Both the position numbers and the translations under genes were made by a program. The notes beneath the pieces are model-generated. The model ran no database searches. It saw only the letters and a list, made by a program, of their open reading frames with translations, and was not told the DNA's origin. DNA of 61,913 nt, counting the filler, from Diploschistes diacapsis (Eukaryota): the NCBI GenBank assembly GCA_023645945.1. It is 5 parts of 5 records of this genome, joined end to end, with 100 filler letters (N's around TTAATTAATTAA, not from the genome) between each part and the next. Parts side by side here need not be neighbours in the genome. Positions count along the whole stretch, not along the records: positions 24,908 to 37,198 come from JALAIB010000756.1; positions 37,299 to 49,558 come from JALAIB010000757.1; positions 49,659 to 61,913 come from JALAIB010000758.1; 2 more parts are not named here. One strand, given 5' to 3'. Shown here piece by piece: positions 36,249 through 50,318 of this stretch. The stretch's first letter is position 1. Each line of letters opens with the position of its first letter.

Positions 36249-37184
36249 ATGGCCATAAACTCTGACTTTGCCGGCTCTCCCACCCTCTTCTACCCATCTC
36301 CTCACCAGCACAACTTCGAGTACTTCCCGCACGATCAGTCCTTTCAGTCTCCTCTATCCCACTGGGGACTCACCAACTCCACAGCTCACACTGCACCAGA
36401 ACCTACGCGACCCTTATTAGCATCTAAACCATCCCGGAAGCGCTCTCGTGACGAGTTCAACGAAGATGACTTTACATCCGCAACTCCGGCTACCACCAAT
36501 GGTCCCGCGACCATGGAGGTAATCGAGGAGCCCATGTATGGCGAAGGAATGATGTTGCTCAATCGCCGAACAGGCGCGTCCATCTCCCCAGACTCCCAAT
36601 CCGGGACCTGGTTAGAGGAGAAGCACGAGGAGGAGCGCGTTGTCGCCGAGAAGGCTGCTGAGGAAGTTATCCAGGCGCAAACCATGTCCGACCGCCCTGC
36701 CAAGGTCGGGCGCCTCGAGCAAGGCTCTTTGGACTCGCAACCAGCGACCTCAAGCTCGCCTACTTCGATGGTGGCTTCCACCGCATTCATTGATCCTGCT
36801 TCGGCACTCCTCGGTGTCGGATGGAAGGTCATGTCGCGCAACGACGAGGATATTCAGAAGGCCATGCGAGGCTGGGCGCGATACATCGAGGTCCATTATC
36901 CGCTTGGAGATGTCGAGATCCTATCGAAATCGGAGGGGCAAGAGGCGTACCTCGTGCGCGCTGTGCGGCCGCAGGAGAGCTGGTGGCTGTTCAGAGAGGA
37001 TCTCACAGAGGGACGTCTGATTTCTACTACTTGGGAGGGATGTGTTGCGGGACTTAGAGCCGTTCCTACTGCATTCGAGGGCGCAGCGAGCCTTGTCGCT
37101 CAGCGTACACCCTCGCCGCCTGCCGAGCAGCTTCCGGTTCTACCACAGGGGATTGTCGCCTTGGGTAGCATGGATCTTGACTAA
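36249..37184 (+). CDS. Hypothetical fungal protein
   Basis: ATG after a pyrimidine-rich leader. SRKRSR NLS-like motif, EPMYGEGM, SQSGTWLEE, LGVGW, AMRGWARYIEVHYPL, WLFREDLTEGRLI. Confidence 0.8.
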   Translation: MAINSDFAGSPTLFYPSPHQHNFEYFPHDQSFQSPLSHWGLTNSTAHTAPEPTRPLLASKPSRKRSRDEFNEDDFTSATPATTNGPATMEVIEEPMYGEGMMLLNRRTGASISPDSQSGTWLEEKHEEERVVAEKAAEEVIQAQTMSDRPAKVGRLEQGSLDSQPATSSSPTSMVASTAFIDPASALLGVGWKVMSRNDEDIQKAMRGWARYIEVHYPLGDVEILSKSEGQEAYLVRAVRPQESWWLFREDLTEGRLISTTWEGCVAGLRAVPTAFEGAASLVAQRTPSPPAEQLPVLPQGIVALGSMDLD

Positions 37185-37198
37185 CTGCGGGTGGGGGG

Positions 37199-37298
37199 NN
37201 NNNNNNNNNNNNNNNNNNNNNNNNNNNNNNNNNNNNNNNNNNTTAATTAATTAANNNNNNNNNNNNNNNNNNNNNNNNNNNNNNNNNNNNNNNNNNNN
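37199..37298. other. Artificial contig linker
   Basis: N44-TTAATTAATTAA-N44. Confidence 0.99.
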
Positions 37299-37665
37299 GA
37301 ATCAGGATGGGTTTAGGGGTTCATTGGGTGGGAGGGGTAGGTGAGATTTTTAAAATGTAGTGGAGAGTTCTGCTGAGATTATTGTGAAGCTTTTGGTTTC
37401 TTTGAAATCATGATCCAACAGTTTGTATGAGATACCTTCGAGATGTTGAGGGCTTCTCCAGACAGACAGGGAGTTTTAGAATGAGGCCCGTGCTCCGCTT
37501 GCAGCCCTAATCTGAGGATCCTGTTCCTGTAATAAAAAGAAATTTTTGGAGGGCTATCGCCCGGTAGGCTGTTTGCTTTCCGCTTTCAAAAATCGCTCTC
37601 TTCTCGCCCATCTCGAGCCACATTTTGACCCTTTCTAGCGCCCGTCACTTCAGCATAGAATTGCG

Positions 37666-39609
37666 ATGAGTGCTGAGGAGGATAACGGCGTTACCGTGAC
37701 GCCGCCGGAGCGGTTTGCAATCGGCCTTTCCTTTGGCAACTCCAACAGCTCAATAGCGCACACTTCTAGCGTATTTGCATTACCGGCTTACTCTGACTCA
37801 AATCTGACTCTTTACAGGAAGGTAAAGCTATTGTCATAGCCAACGAGGAAGGAGGTGTGTGAATGCTGGCTTGAGCGCAATGCGGGCGAACTTACGAATG
37901 TCCAGACCGCCAAATACCCTCGATACTATCCTATATCGATGGCGAGGAATATCACGGCACACAAGCGAAAGCGCAGCTAGTACGGAATAACAAGAACACA
38001 GTCGCGTATTTTCGTGACTTTCTTGGAAAAGAGTAGGGGCGCAGAGCATATCGGACGCAACTACAGAGCTAATCGACCGTGCAGCTTCGACTCAATAGAT
38101 CCAACGCCATGCCACGCCTCGGCGCATCCGCAGAAACACGATGCTACCGTTGCGTTCTCGGTCAACGATACAGCTTCGGAGATGCCCAGCACCCTCTCCG
38201 TCTCAGAAGTCACGGCCAGACATATACGGAGACTAGTATCTTCCGCAGCAGATTTCCTCGGACAGCAGGTGAACTCGGTCGTGATCACGACACCCACGAA
38301 CTTCACCGATGAGCAGAAAAAGGCACTAGCTAAGGCCGCTAAAGAGGTCGGCGTGGAGGTGTTGCAGTTCATTTCAGAACCAGTTGCAGCTATGCTTGCA
38401 TATGACGCAAGAGCGGAGAGCGAGCAGAAAGACAAGGTGGTTGTCGTTGCAGACCTGGGAGGCACGCGATCTGATATTGCTGTTGCTGCTTCGAGGGGGG
38501 GGATGTATAGTATCTTAGCAACGGCGCACGATTATGAGTTCGCTGGACAAAATCTTGATCAGGTGTTGATTGACTACTTTGCTAAGGAGTTCATGAAGAA
38601 GAACAAGACGGACCCGAGAGAAAATGCTAGAGGCTTAGCAAAGCTCAAAATGGAGTGCGAAGCAACCAAGAAGGCACTGAGTCTGGGAGCGAATGCCACT
38701 ATCAGCATAGAGAGTCTAGCAGATGGGGTCGACTTTGGCTCCACCGTGAATAGGACGAGGTATGAGACGCTGGCGAACAAAGTCTTTGCAGGGTTCACTC
38801 GCTTGATCGAGGGCACCATCAAGAAGGCTGGCCTTGATGTTCTCGACATTGATGAGGTAAATCCCTCACATTCCTAATAATTACTCTAAGTTTTCTAGGT
38901 CATACTCTCTGGCGGCACATCTCATACCCCCAAAATCGCCTCTAACCTTTCCCTCCTCTTCCCACAATCAACAACGATCCTTGCTCCATCCACGTCACCA
39001 GCAGCCATCAATCCCTCCGAACTCTCCGCCAGAGGCGCCGCTATTCAGGCGTCACTTATTCAAGAATTCGACTTTGATGACATCACACAATCGGCTCATC
39101 CTATGGTCACTGTTACCCCGCACCTGAAGAACGCAGTTGGTGTTCTCGTCCTTAGCGATGACAACGAGCGTGGCATCTTCCGACCTGTGCTCGAAGCCGA
39201 AACCGCGGTACCCGCTCGGAGAACGGTCGTCTTTTCTACACCCAAGGAAGGGGGGAACGTGCTACTGAAGATCTGCGAGGGTATCCGCAACATAAAAGTA
39301 ACGAAGCCGGAGCCAAAACCAAAGACGAATGGAAAAGCAGAAAAGCATGAAGAGGATGATGGTGATGATGACGACGAATCCAGTGACGAGGAAGCAGAGG
39401 AGATCCGAGAAAAGACGTGGAAAGTTGGCAATGTACTGGCCGAGGCAGGTATCAAGGACGTTAAGAAGGGTGGTAAAGTGGAGGTCATAATTAATGTTAA
39501 TGGCGAGCTTAGCGTTCAGGTTACGGCGAGGGAAGTTGGAGCTAAGACAGGTACAAGAGGGACATTGGAGAAGCCGAGCAAGCAAGTGCTCGAAAATGGA
39601 ACGACTTAA
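37666..39609 (+). CDS. SSZ1: Ribosome-associated complex atypical Hsp70
   Basis: Five exons. IGLSFGNSNSSIA replaces the canonical GIDLGTT. IANEEGDRQIPS, VADLGGTRSD, ILSGGTSHTPKI, short C-terminus lacking the lid. Confidence 0.93.
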
Positions 39610-40359
39610 AACGGGAGTGGTCATGAGTGTTCGATTGCAAGCATTAATATAGCAAAGCGACGCTAGAGTAGGTATTTGTTAAGAATATCTTGAGACATGT
39701 TTGAGCGGACACCTATAAAGAGAACAGAAAGCAGAGGTGAATGGGGGAAAGAGCAGATTCATTCCTAATGGGTGTTCAAACAACATTTAACAGACATTGG
39801 AGGCCTCCAAGTTCTTTTCATAACGATCAGACAGACACCATATTACCATAGATTTTCAGGCACTCAGACATGAGCTCCTTCATGCAAAGTCACAAGGTTC
39901 CATGAGATACCTTTCTGCGCACCTTCGTCGCTATTGTGACGTTCGCTTAAGATCTTCGCTGCGCTTTTAAGGGGAGGTGAGACTTTTACTTTCTGTCACC
40001 TCGAAGTGAGCGGGACTTGCAGGCTCAGATTCAACCGTTCATGGCATGAATAGAGGCATCACTCCACAACTATCATGATCTAGACGCATCCTATGCTTTG
40101 GTCCTATATCATCGTTACGAATACGGCTCGAGCATCTTGAGTGCGGACATTGCGGGATACGTGCGATTTCCAGAGAGGTAGGTCCTGCAGGTAGGTCTGG
40201 AGATGCCAACATCAGAACTCTATTGCAGACCCTTCCTAGGGTGTCAAGCTCAGTGAGCCTTTTTTATACTCTTTCTACCTTGAAAGCCACTGCTCCTTCT
40301 ACTCTGTGTCGACCAATAGCTACTCATCACTACTGAACCCTGCTGCAATCCCATTAACA

Positions 40360-41300
40360 ATGGCCCCAATCACAACCTAAACAGTAACCGTCCCCCAATC
40401 TCGGCGGCACATCCGCCTCCTACGCCCTCGCCCACCCCTAAAACCCTCGTCCTCGTCAACTCCTTCACTACCTCCGCCTTCTCTACTCCTTCCAATTCTC
40501 CGACGAAGCACTCGCCTCCACCACGAACCTCCTCACCATTGAACCCCTGGGCCACGGCCAAACGCGCACCAAGCACGAGCACTGCACCTACTGGGACACG
40601 GCGCTCATGAACCTCCAAGTCGTTGACCTCCTAGACATCAAGGGCAAGGCCGTGGCCCTCGGCACGAGCTAGTGCGGATGGATCGTCGCGCGCATGGCGC
40701 TCCTCGACCCGACGCGGATAGCCGGCCTCATGCCCCTCGGGACGTCCCCGGACGCGGAGACGGAGCGTACACGCAAGCTCGGGTGCTGGGACGGGGCGGC
40801 AGCGTGCACGGGGCCGATCGATGAGTGGACGGTCAAGGACCCGACGCCGGACTTTGAGCCGAGTCGGTAGTATTGTGATTTCTTGATCGATATCGGATTC
40901 AGGAAGGAATATCTGGCAGAAACGAGGAAGGAGTGGAGAGAGAGGATTAAAGGGAATTATAAGGGGGATGAAGGGCGCAGGAGGGCGAGGGTGGCGGCGA
41001 TCAATCTGAGGGAGAGGGATGGATTGCTGGGGAGGTTGTGGGACGTGAGGTGTCCGGTGCTGTGGTTGCATGTGAGTTTGCTCACGTCTTGATCATGGTA
41101 GGGCGGCTAGTGACCGCTCGAAAAGGGGACTTCCGATCCTGTATGCTCGGTCACAAACGCCGAGGAGGAGATTACGCTGTTTGTAATTCGACCGACGCAA
41201 GGGTACAGAAGGTGGAGGGCGGACAGCATTTCCTGAGCTTTTCGCATCCGCAGGAGGTGGGTCGGGCGTTGATCGAGTTTGTGTGAAGTGGTACTTGTAG
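40360..41300 (+). pseudogene. Alpha/beta hydrolase, disrupted
   Basis: LVLVNSFTTS, IEPLGHGQT, YWDTA, LGTS*CGWIVARMAL (TAG 40670-40672 in the GTSQGG-type elbow), second TAG 40868-40870, CPVLWLH, GGQHFLSFSHP, plus frameshifts. Confidence 0.85.
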
Positions 41301-41567
41301 GACTTCTTGGACAGGAGAACCGAACCTACCTCGATGGGCTTGACCCAGGACCATATTGTAAGACTGTGAACAAGACACTTTTTCCGAAGAAAACGTGTAT
41401 TTTGGCAACGGCTCCGGGTATTTAGTGCCATCTAGCTGTCCATTGGCTTTTCATTGTTTCCCAAATGGAAATCATGGATTATTATGCAGGACTATAACTA
41501 GAAATATCCCATACATCACAAAGTCAATAGTTGCGAGTAAAACCATTCAGAATTTAAATCTCGGTAG

Positions 41568-41605
41568 CATCACGTGATGTCGCGAACGCGTCCGAGGGTA
41601 ACGCG
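41568..41605. promoter_or_regulatory. Palindromic E-box plus MCB/SCB-like cluster upstream of the LRR gene
   Basis: CATCACGTGATG (12-bp palindrome, 41568-41579), CGCGAA 41581, ACGCGT 41586, ACGCG 41601, all 70-110 bp before the ATG. Confidence 0.5.
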
Positions 41606-41674
41606 CTTTGGTTCGACTCGGTGCGTTTTGTGCCACTCCAAACTCACTTCTTGCAGCCGCCATACAACACACAA

Positions 41675-43245
41675 ATGTCGAGTCCGAAACGAGAATCAAA
41701 ACCCAGTGTGGAACCGTTGCAGTCAAGCAGTAACTTTGGACCTCCCCTACATAAAGTGCTGTAGTTGAAGCCCATACTGATTTTGCTGTAGTCGAGCCGG
41801 AGCTGCCCCCACTTTCCGATCCAGCGTCAGATTGGAACAGGCCAATATTGGCCAGAAAGCGCACGATTGATAGCGTAATATACGATAACTCGAGCGATCT
41901 TCCACTATTCTCAAGCGACGATGCATCAGCGTCATTGGACGACTATGCTCGGCCAAGGCCTAAGAAGTTTTACAAGGGCTCGTGGTGGCTCAACAGCCCA
42001 CAGGATGTCTCCACGGCGCAGTCAGAGAAGTCTACCAGAAAGCGTGGCTTCGTGCGAAACTATGACAGCGGTGTATGGATGGGAAGCGAGAGCAGCGAAG
42101 TAGACGTTGAACCACAGACAGGAGCAGATGAAGGACACGATCTACTTACACAGCCTGTAACAGCTGATGCGGCCTCTGCGGTAAATGCGTTCACAAATAG
42201 TCGGAGGTCGATCCATAATGACGTGCTTGGCCCAAGGCAGCAGAATGCACAGCTCGCGGTGCAAAAGTGTGTCGAGGACGGTGTGGAGGTTGTCGACCTA
42301 GCGGGACTTGGTCTAAACAACATACCCTGGTCTGTACTGGAACCCATCAAGTACATGACCCGTGAGCCTCCCTCGAGCGGGTCCTATGTATCTCTTGAAC
42401 CCAAGCTGCGACTCTACCTCGCCGGCAATAATCTCTCGAAACTCCCAGATGAAATGTACGGACTCAAGAGCTTGACAACGCTCAGCATCCGTCAAAACAA
42501 CATTTCAGAGCTATCCTCGGCGATCTCTCTACTCACAAATCTGGAAGACCTCAATGTCAGCGCCAACTGCCTACACTATCTACCATACGAAATCCTCGAG
42601 CTAACAGACAACAAACTCCAATCCCTCCGCCTCCACCCAAACCTCTTCTTCAAACCCACCATCAATAACCCCTACTGCGACCCCTTCGCTCGCGGCCTAC
42701 CCGGCGCAAAAGACTGCAAGGCCGTCAGCCGCGTGGCCTACCTCGACAACCGCGGCCGGCCTCTCCACGGCGTCTCCCCCTCAACCATCACCCAAGCAAA
42801 GGGCCCAATGACCGACGACTGTTCCATGCAGCACATCATCGATGAGCAAAGAGAGTGCTTCGAGTCCGCCAGCGGGGTCCCCTCCCTCTACGAACATGCA
42901 CTGCGCCTCTGCTCCCTCTATCCCAGCATCGACGCCCTCTCCGCATGCCTGGCTCCAGACCCACCCCCCCATCTCCTCGACTCCTTGGCGCGTGTCCGCC
43001 AGTCCCAAGCTGTAGGTGGCTTCCACTGTTCCGTTTGTGGCAGGGATTATCTTGTGCCCCGCACGGAGTGGATAGAGTGGTGGACCGGCCTGCCCGACAA
43101 TGCGGGGTGGGGCGTGCCGCTGCTGAGAAGGGGTTGCAGTTGGAGGTGCCTACCGAATGGGCATTGCGTGCTGCAGTGGGCGGAGCAGACGGGGTGGACG
43201 GCTGATTACGGAGCATCAAACGTCATGAGCCAAGAGCATCATTAG
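41675..43245 (+). CDS. Leucine-rich repeat protein with BC-box-like motif and C-terminal Cys4 cluster
   Basis: Short exon 1 from ATG 41675, intron about 41730-41791, long exon 2. LRRs LYLAGNNLSKLP, LTTLSIRQNNISEL, LEDLNVSANCLHYLP, LQSLRLHPN. C-terminal VPSLYEHALRLC, CSVCG and CSWRC. Confidence 0.85.
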
Positions 43246-43681
43246 ATCTTCGCACTCGGAAAGACAGGCTCAGTTACACTACCGCTCCCTTCCCTCCCTT
43301 GTTGACAACAGGCACAGACCCCCTTCCAGTCTACCGTTACCCAAAAGCAAAGAAGGATAAGCTCAAGGAGATATCATGAGTATTCATGAATATTCATAAA
43401 TATGCTAAAAATATGTACAGGCTGTCGCCGAAATGAAATACACGAATCCCCAGGGAAAAGAAGGGGGAATATGGCAGACCGTAAAGCTGCCCCCCCTTTG
43501 CCCAATCCTCCTCCCTCGCCGTCTTTCGCGCTCCAAACAGGCCCATCGTAAACAACCACGTAGACAGAGCATGGAAAACAAACACATGAGCAAGCGAACA
43601 GCCAACTTCCCACGACAACACACCGCCCTTCCCTTTCCCATCTCCCAGCTCCCTAGTCCCTTTCCACCCCACCCCACCCCC

Positions 43682-45538
43682 TCAATGCCCACAGATCCCG
43701 GACCCAGCAATCTGACTCGCAGGATACAACACCCTCGGCAGTCCCTGCGCCATCGGCACCGCCACCGCCCCGCTCCCATCCGCCGTCACGCTCTGACAGG
43801 CGAGGATCTCCACCACCTGCTCGCCCGCCTGAAAGCCGGTGTTCGCGGCCGGCAACCTCAGCGTATACGCGTTCCCGCCCGCCCCCTTGTTCGAAAACAC
43901 GGCGACGACCTGGTTCCCGTCGAAGCCCTTGCGCATCGCGATCGTCGCGCCGTCCGAGTAGATCGGCCAGGCCATGTAGGTCAGATAGTCGCGCCCCATG
44001 AAGACGGCGCGGTTGCGCAGCTGGTTGAGCTGCGCGATGTGGTTGTACAGCGGCTGCGTGGTGGTCGGGTAGCCGGACAGCCAGAGCGCCTCGCGGTTCG
44101 CCGGCACGGGGCCGCCGGAGAAGTGCTGCTCCTGGCCCGCGTACACGATCGGGATGCCGTCGGCGAGCATGGTGAAGGCGATGGCGTTCTTGGCCAGCGA
44201 GAGGTCGGGGGTCAGGTAGGCGAAGCGCGGGTTGTCGTGGTTCTCGAGGAAGGAGCCGAGGAGCGTGGTGTCGGCGCAGGTGGATTTCATGGTGTTGATG
44301 CCGTTGACTAGGTTGCTGATTGAGCCCGAGGTGGATTGGAAGGCTTGAGTTATCCAGTAGTAGCTGGGATGGGAGGGTTAGCGGGGTGGAGTTTGAGGGA
44401 GCGGATAGGTGGGCTGGTGCGATAAGATAGGAGGGGTGAAGATGGGCAGAGGCAGGGCAGAGGCAGGGAAGGGCCAAGCATGGTTTGCCACCTCGTAACC
44501 GGGAAAAGGGAGTTCAACTTACGCAGGGTAGTTGAGCACGCCGTCAATGTACTCCTGATAGGGGCAAACGTAGGTTGGATTGCCGTTGTCGACTTCGCCA
44601 ACCCCGTAGACGCCGGCGGCTTCGAGGAACGGCTGAAAGAAGGCCGTGTCGATTTCTGCAGAGCTGTCGATTCTGATGCCATCGACTAAGGCGTGATTAG
44701 CGTGTCAAATTGTTCAAGTACGTATGGCGCGTACTGGAGTAGTTGGCGACTAGCTGCCCAATCCATGTCTCCCACATGTGCAAGACATTGCTGTCCTCGG
44801 TGCGCAAATCTGCAAGCGCAACAGTATTGTCGCCTTCCCAGCACTTTAATGGTGGTAAGCTATTATCAATTATCATATAGGAGCAGCGGACTTACCAGTT
44901 CCACACTCGTCTGGTTATTGTAGTCTATCTCGCAGTACGGGTGGAAGTACGATTGGCTGTTGAATGGATAGAAATCCGAGTAGTCCACGCATGTACCGCA
45001 GCCAGCGTAGCCCACTATCAGACGTCAGTAAAGATTCTCGAGGAGTCGATCACTTCTGCGCACTGTGATTAGGTACAACGTCGACCATGAGGTACATTCC
45101 GCGACTATGCAGCGCAGAACTCAAGGCTTGCAAGTCGGCACCATCGCCAAAGTTGGAATTGATCTCGTAGATGTTCTGAGCCCAGTAGCCATGGTAGCCC
45201 GCACCATCCGCAGTGTCTTGCGGTAGGTTCTCTACAACAGGCGAGATCCATATCTGCATAGGTCAGTATGTGTCCAGAGAAAGCCCTGCGAAAGCCGTCC
45301 TTACCGCCGTGAAGCCCATATCCTGGATGTAATCAAGGTGATTGATAATGCCTTGGAACGACCCACCACAGTACACTTGGTTTCCTGTGTTGCAGGCGGC
45401 CGTAGTCGACCCATCAGTACGAGCGAAACGGTCAGTCAGCACTTGATAGATTGACTGTGAACGCCATTGGTCGGCTGTTAGAGCATAGGCCTGTTGAAAG
45501 GCACACAAAAGAGCAACGAGAATAGACAGCACCTCCAT
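43682..45538 (-). CDS. Secreted alpha-amylase GH13 (fungal Taka/acid amylase type), no CBM20
   Basis: Signal peptide, [31 protein letters not shown], catalytic DGIRID, GEV and [10 protein letters not shown]. Multiple GT-AG introns. Confidence 0.95.
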
Positions 45539-47488
45539 ACTGGACACGAGGCTCGCAGAACAGTAAAGAAATGAGGTTTAGGCGACAGGAGAGATGAGAG
45601 CTTATGTATTCACGAAATGAGAGAGAACATTTCGTACAAAGAAAGAGTAGCCCATGTTATAGAACGGCGGTAGCAGGCACGAGGTAATACCTGGAGTAAC
45701 AGCACGGCCTCCATACGTTGAATTCAGACAAGCGCAAAGACTCGCCTCATAACAGATCACGAGCCAGCAGCGGACGGCAACGACAGGCAGGCAGGCAATT
45801 CTGAGCTTCACCGACTAAATGCGCGCTTATCCACGTCTTACCATACAAGAACTTATGGTGTGTTGAAAGCATTACCCAATTGCGTGAGTAGTAAGCAGCG
45901 AATCCCTACCAGCTGACGAGTCTGTAGCACCGTCTTCTTGTCTTCACTTTGACAGTCCTGCTGAAAGCGCTCGGAGGCGATTCAATGCGCTGTGCACAGA
46001 CTCGTACCGCCATTCCACAGCTTACCGGGCTAGTTATTGGCAAGAAAAGGGTGGCCAAACTGAAAGCACCTGACGCTGGTGGGAGTCGCTGAAGACATGC
46101 CTGCTGTGCCAGACGGAGCGACAGCAGGTAGATGGAAACGGTGTTCTATCGTGCAAAGAGTGTGTACTGGGAAGGTCAGATACTGGAGAGAACAAAATTC
46201 GCCAACCCAACTAGAGAGGATGGGGAAATAACCTAGAAAACACCCAGAAGCCGGCTAAAAGCAACAGAGCAAATGCTGCATGCCTTCTTCAATATAGAAA
46301 GCGTCACGAACTGTTGACGATGTGGCTTTGGAAGGAGCTTCGCGTGCGCCGTGGTGTTGAGGAAGCAAGGTCTTCAGGAAGTGCAAAGCTATCGGCGTGA
46401 TTCGACCGTTTGGGCGAGTCGCTAATGCATGCGACTCTCGGGCAATCTTGGTTGGACGACGATCTTACGATCAGCTGATGGATGACAGCGGATCAATGGA
46501 CTTCGGTCATTGATGGAAGAGAACAAAGCGACGCACCGCACCCGAGGTTGCTGGTTGCTGCACCGGAGGAGGAGGAGGAGGTCAAGATACACTCGACGTC
46601 ACCTTTCCTTTGATATTCCACTGCACGCACGCACGCCCGCCCGCCGCCATCCATCAGAACGACGCAAATGCATTGATTGGAGTCATCCATGTTTAACCAA
46701 CCTCAAGACCGTTCTGTCATTCCCAGGAGTCGAAATAGAGTTTGTAGTTTGGATGGAATGGCGCAAGTAAGCCTCTTCCCCACGTTTCACTGAAAGAAAG
46801 ACGTCTTGCAGCTCGTTAATCAACGCCCGAAGCCACATCAGGCAGTATCGCCGGAGTTGCATCTAACGCACCCCGCATTCTCCACTGGAAGCCTGACGTG
46901 GATCGTATGGGATGTTCCCCAGATGTCATGTTGTTCATTGCGCATGATCTTGGTTAGGCTAGGAGACACGCAATACTGCTCGCCGCTGTCTGAGCATGGA
47001 TGCTAAAGACGCAAATGCTTTCGAGGCATGGCAAAAGCTAGAAAATGCTGTACGATGCGGGCGCGGATGCTCAGTGCCGGTCCATGATGGTGGTACAATC
47101 CACCGCCTTGTTACTCTCACAAAGCAGTCATGGTGGATGTTGTGGAAGGGCATCCCATCTTGCTAGTGCATATTGCCAGCCGATACTTTGGGGCTGTTTC
47201 ACCGTCGGCACATGTTTTCCATTGGCGAACGCCGCTTGCTGCAAGCATGACTACAAGTCCATGGGAGGCTTTAATGGGAGACGACTGCCACTTCGAGCCC
47301 CCTCCGCTCGGTAATGGCTGAAGTGCTTAGGGACTCCAGATGTCAATACGTCCTAGGCATATAACCGGTGGTGCTAGAAAAGCCATTGCAGGAAACATCT
47401 AAGCGAGGTACCTTCTCATATCATGGACAAATATTATTGGCGGAAGCAGACATGTGAAGTGCCACGAGCTTTTGTATCATTTGGAGAA

Positions 47489-47495
47489 TATAAAA
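47489..47495 (+). promoter_or_regulatory. TATA box of the glucoamylase gene
   Basis: TATAAAA about 115 bp upstream of ATG 47608. Confidence 0.55.
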
Positions 47496-47607
47496 GGCAC
47501 CGATCACCGGAAACAACTTCCAGGCTGATCGAAGAAGCAGGAGCATAGAGAGCAGTCGGTGGTAAGGACAATTATACTAACCGCGAGCGTTTTCGCCTGC
47601 TTCTGCA

Positions 47608-49558
<1,951 letters not shown>

Positions 49559-49658
49559 NNNNNNNNNNNNNNNNNNNNNNNNNNNNNNNNNNNNNNNNNN
49601 NNTTAATTAATTAANNNNNNNNNNNNNNNNNNNNNNNNNNNNNNNNNNNNNNNNNNNN
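49559..49658. other. Artificial contig linker
   Basis: N44-TTAATTAATTAA-N44. Confidence 0.99.
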
Positions 49659-50318
49659 GGAAAAAAAAAGGGGGCCCAAACTGAAAATGGGACATGAAAA
49701 TGAAATGAAATTTGAAATTTGAAAAAAAAGAATGTACGGGACCGGGACCCGGGTGGACCCGGGTGGATCTGGGGCGTGAATATCTTTACCTATCCAGGAG
49801 GTGGGGGTGATTCTGGACATTAAAAAACAATGCTTGATTGATTGACTAAGAAGAGATTCTTTCTTTCAGGCCACCCACCCGGGTTCTCCCCTCTGTACGT
49901 TTTTGTTGATGGGATAGACCGCAGTTTTTTGCTGGTCAAGCTTGATTTCCCAGGAATGAAGCCAACGAGCACGTTCTGTAGCTATCTAGATATCTACCCG
50001 AATATGGGGGACGGATTCAGCAAAACCGCTTCGAAACTTCTACGCGGAAGTTGTGGACTCGTCTCTACAGCTCTACTCCGCGAACAGGGTCATCGGGTGC
50101 GATGGATGCATCGGAAATATATTGAATTGTATCATGTGTCAAACAGCAAACGTGTAGGACTCGGCCTCCTGCCTTTATACAATGAAGTTCCACCTACATG
50201 GCTATCCATACATGAGGGCAGAACGTTCCCATCTCGAGTATTTTGAATACATCAGGTTATCTTCAGCGACTGTCCTGCTGTATCCTGTAGCGCCCTATCC
50301 TCGGAGCCCCCATTCTCC

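Noticed and set aside
43433..44477. Long overlapping or antisense ORFs over the amylase (likewise over uL4m, glucoamylase and GH55)
   Set aside because: Shadow ORFs caused by very high GC3 and scarcity of stop codons.
44590..44615. Apparent frameshift near the amylase catalytic Glu
   Set aside because: Recounting gives GTC TAC GGG GTT GGC GAA GTC, so the frame is intact.
45539..47607. Canonical AmyR and CreA sites
   Set aside because: No exact CGG-N8-(C/A)GG found by eye. SYGGRG hexamers are present but too frequent by chance to call.
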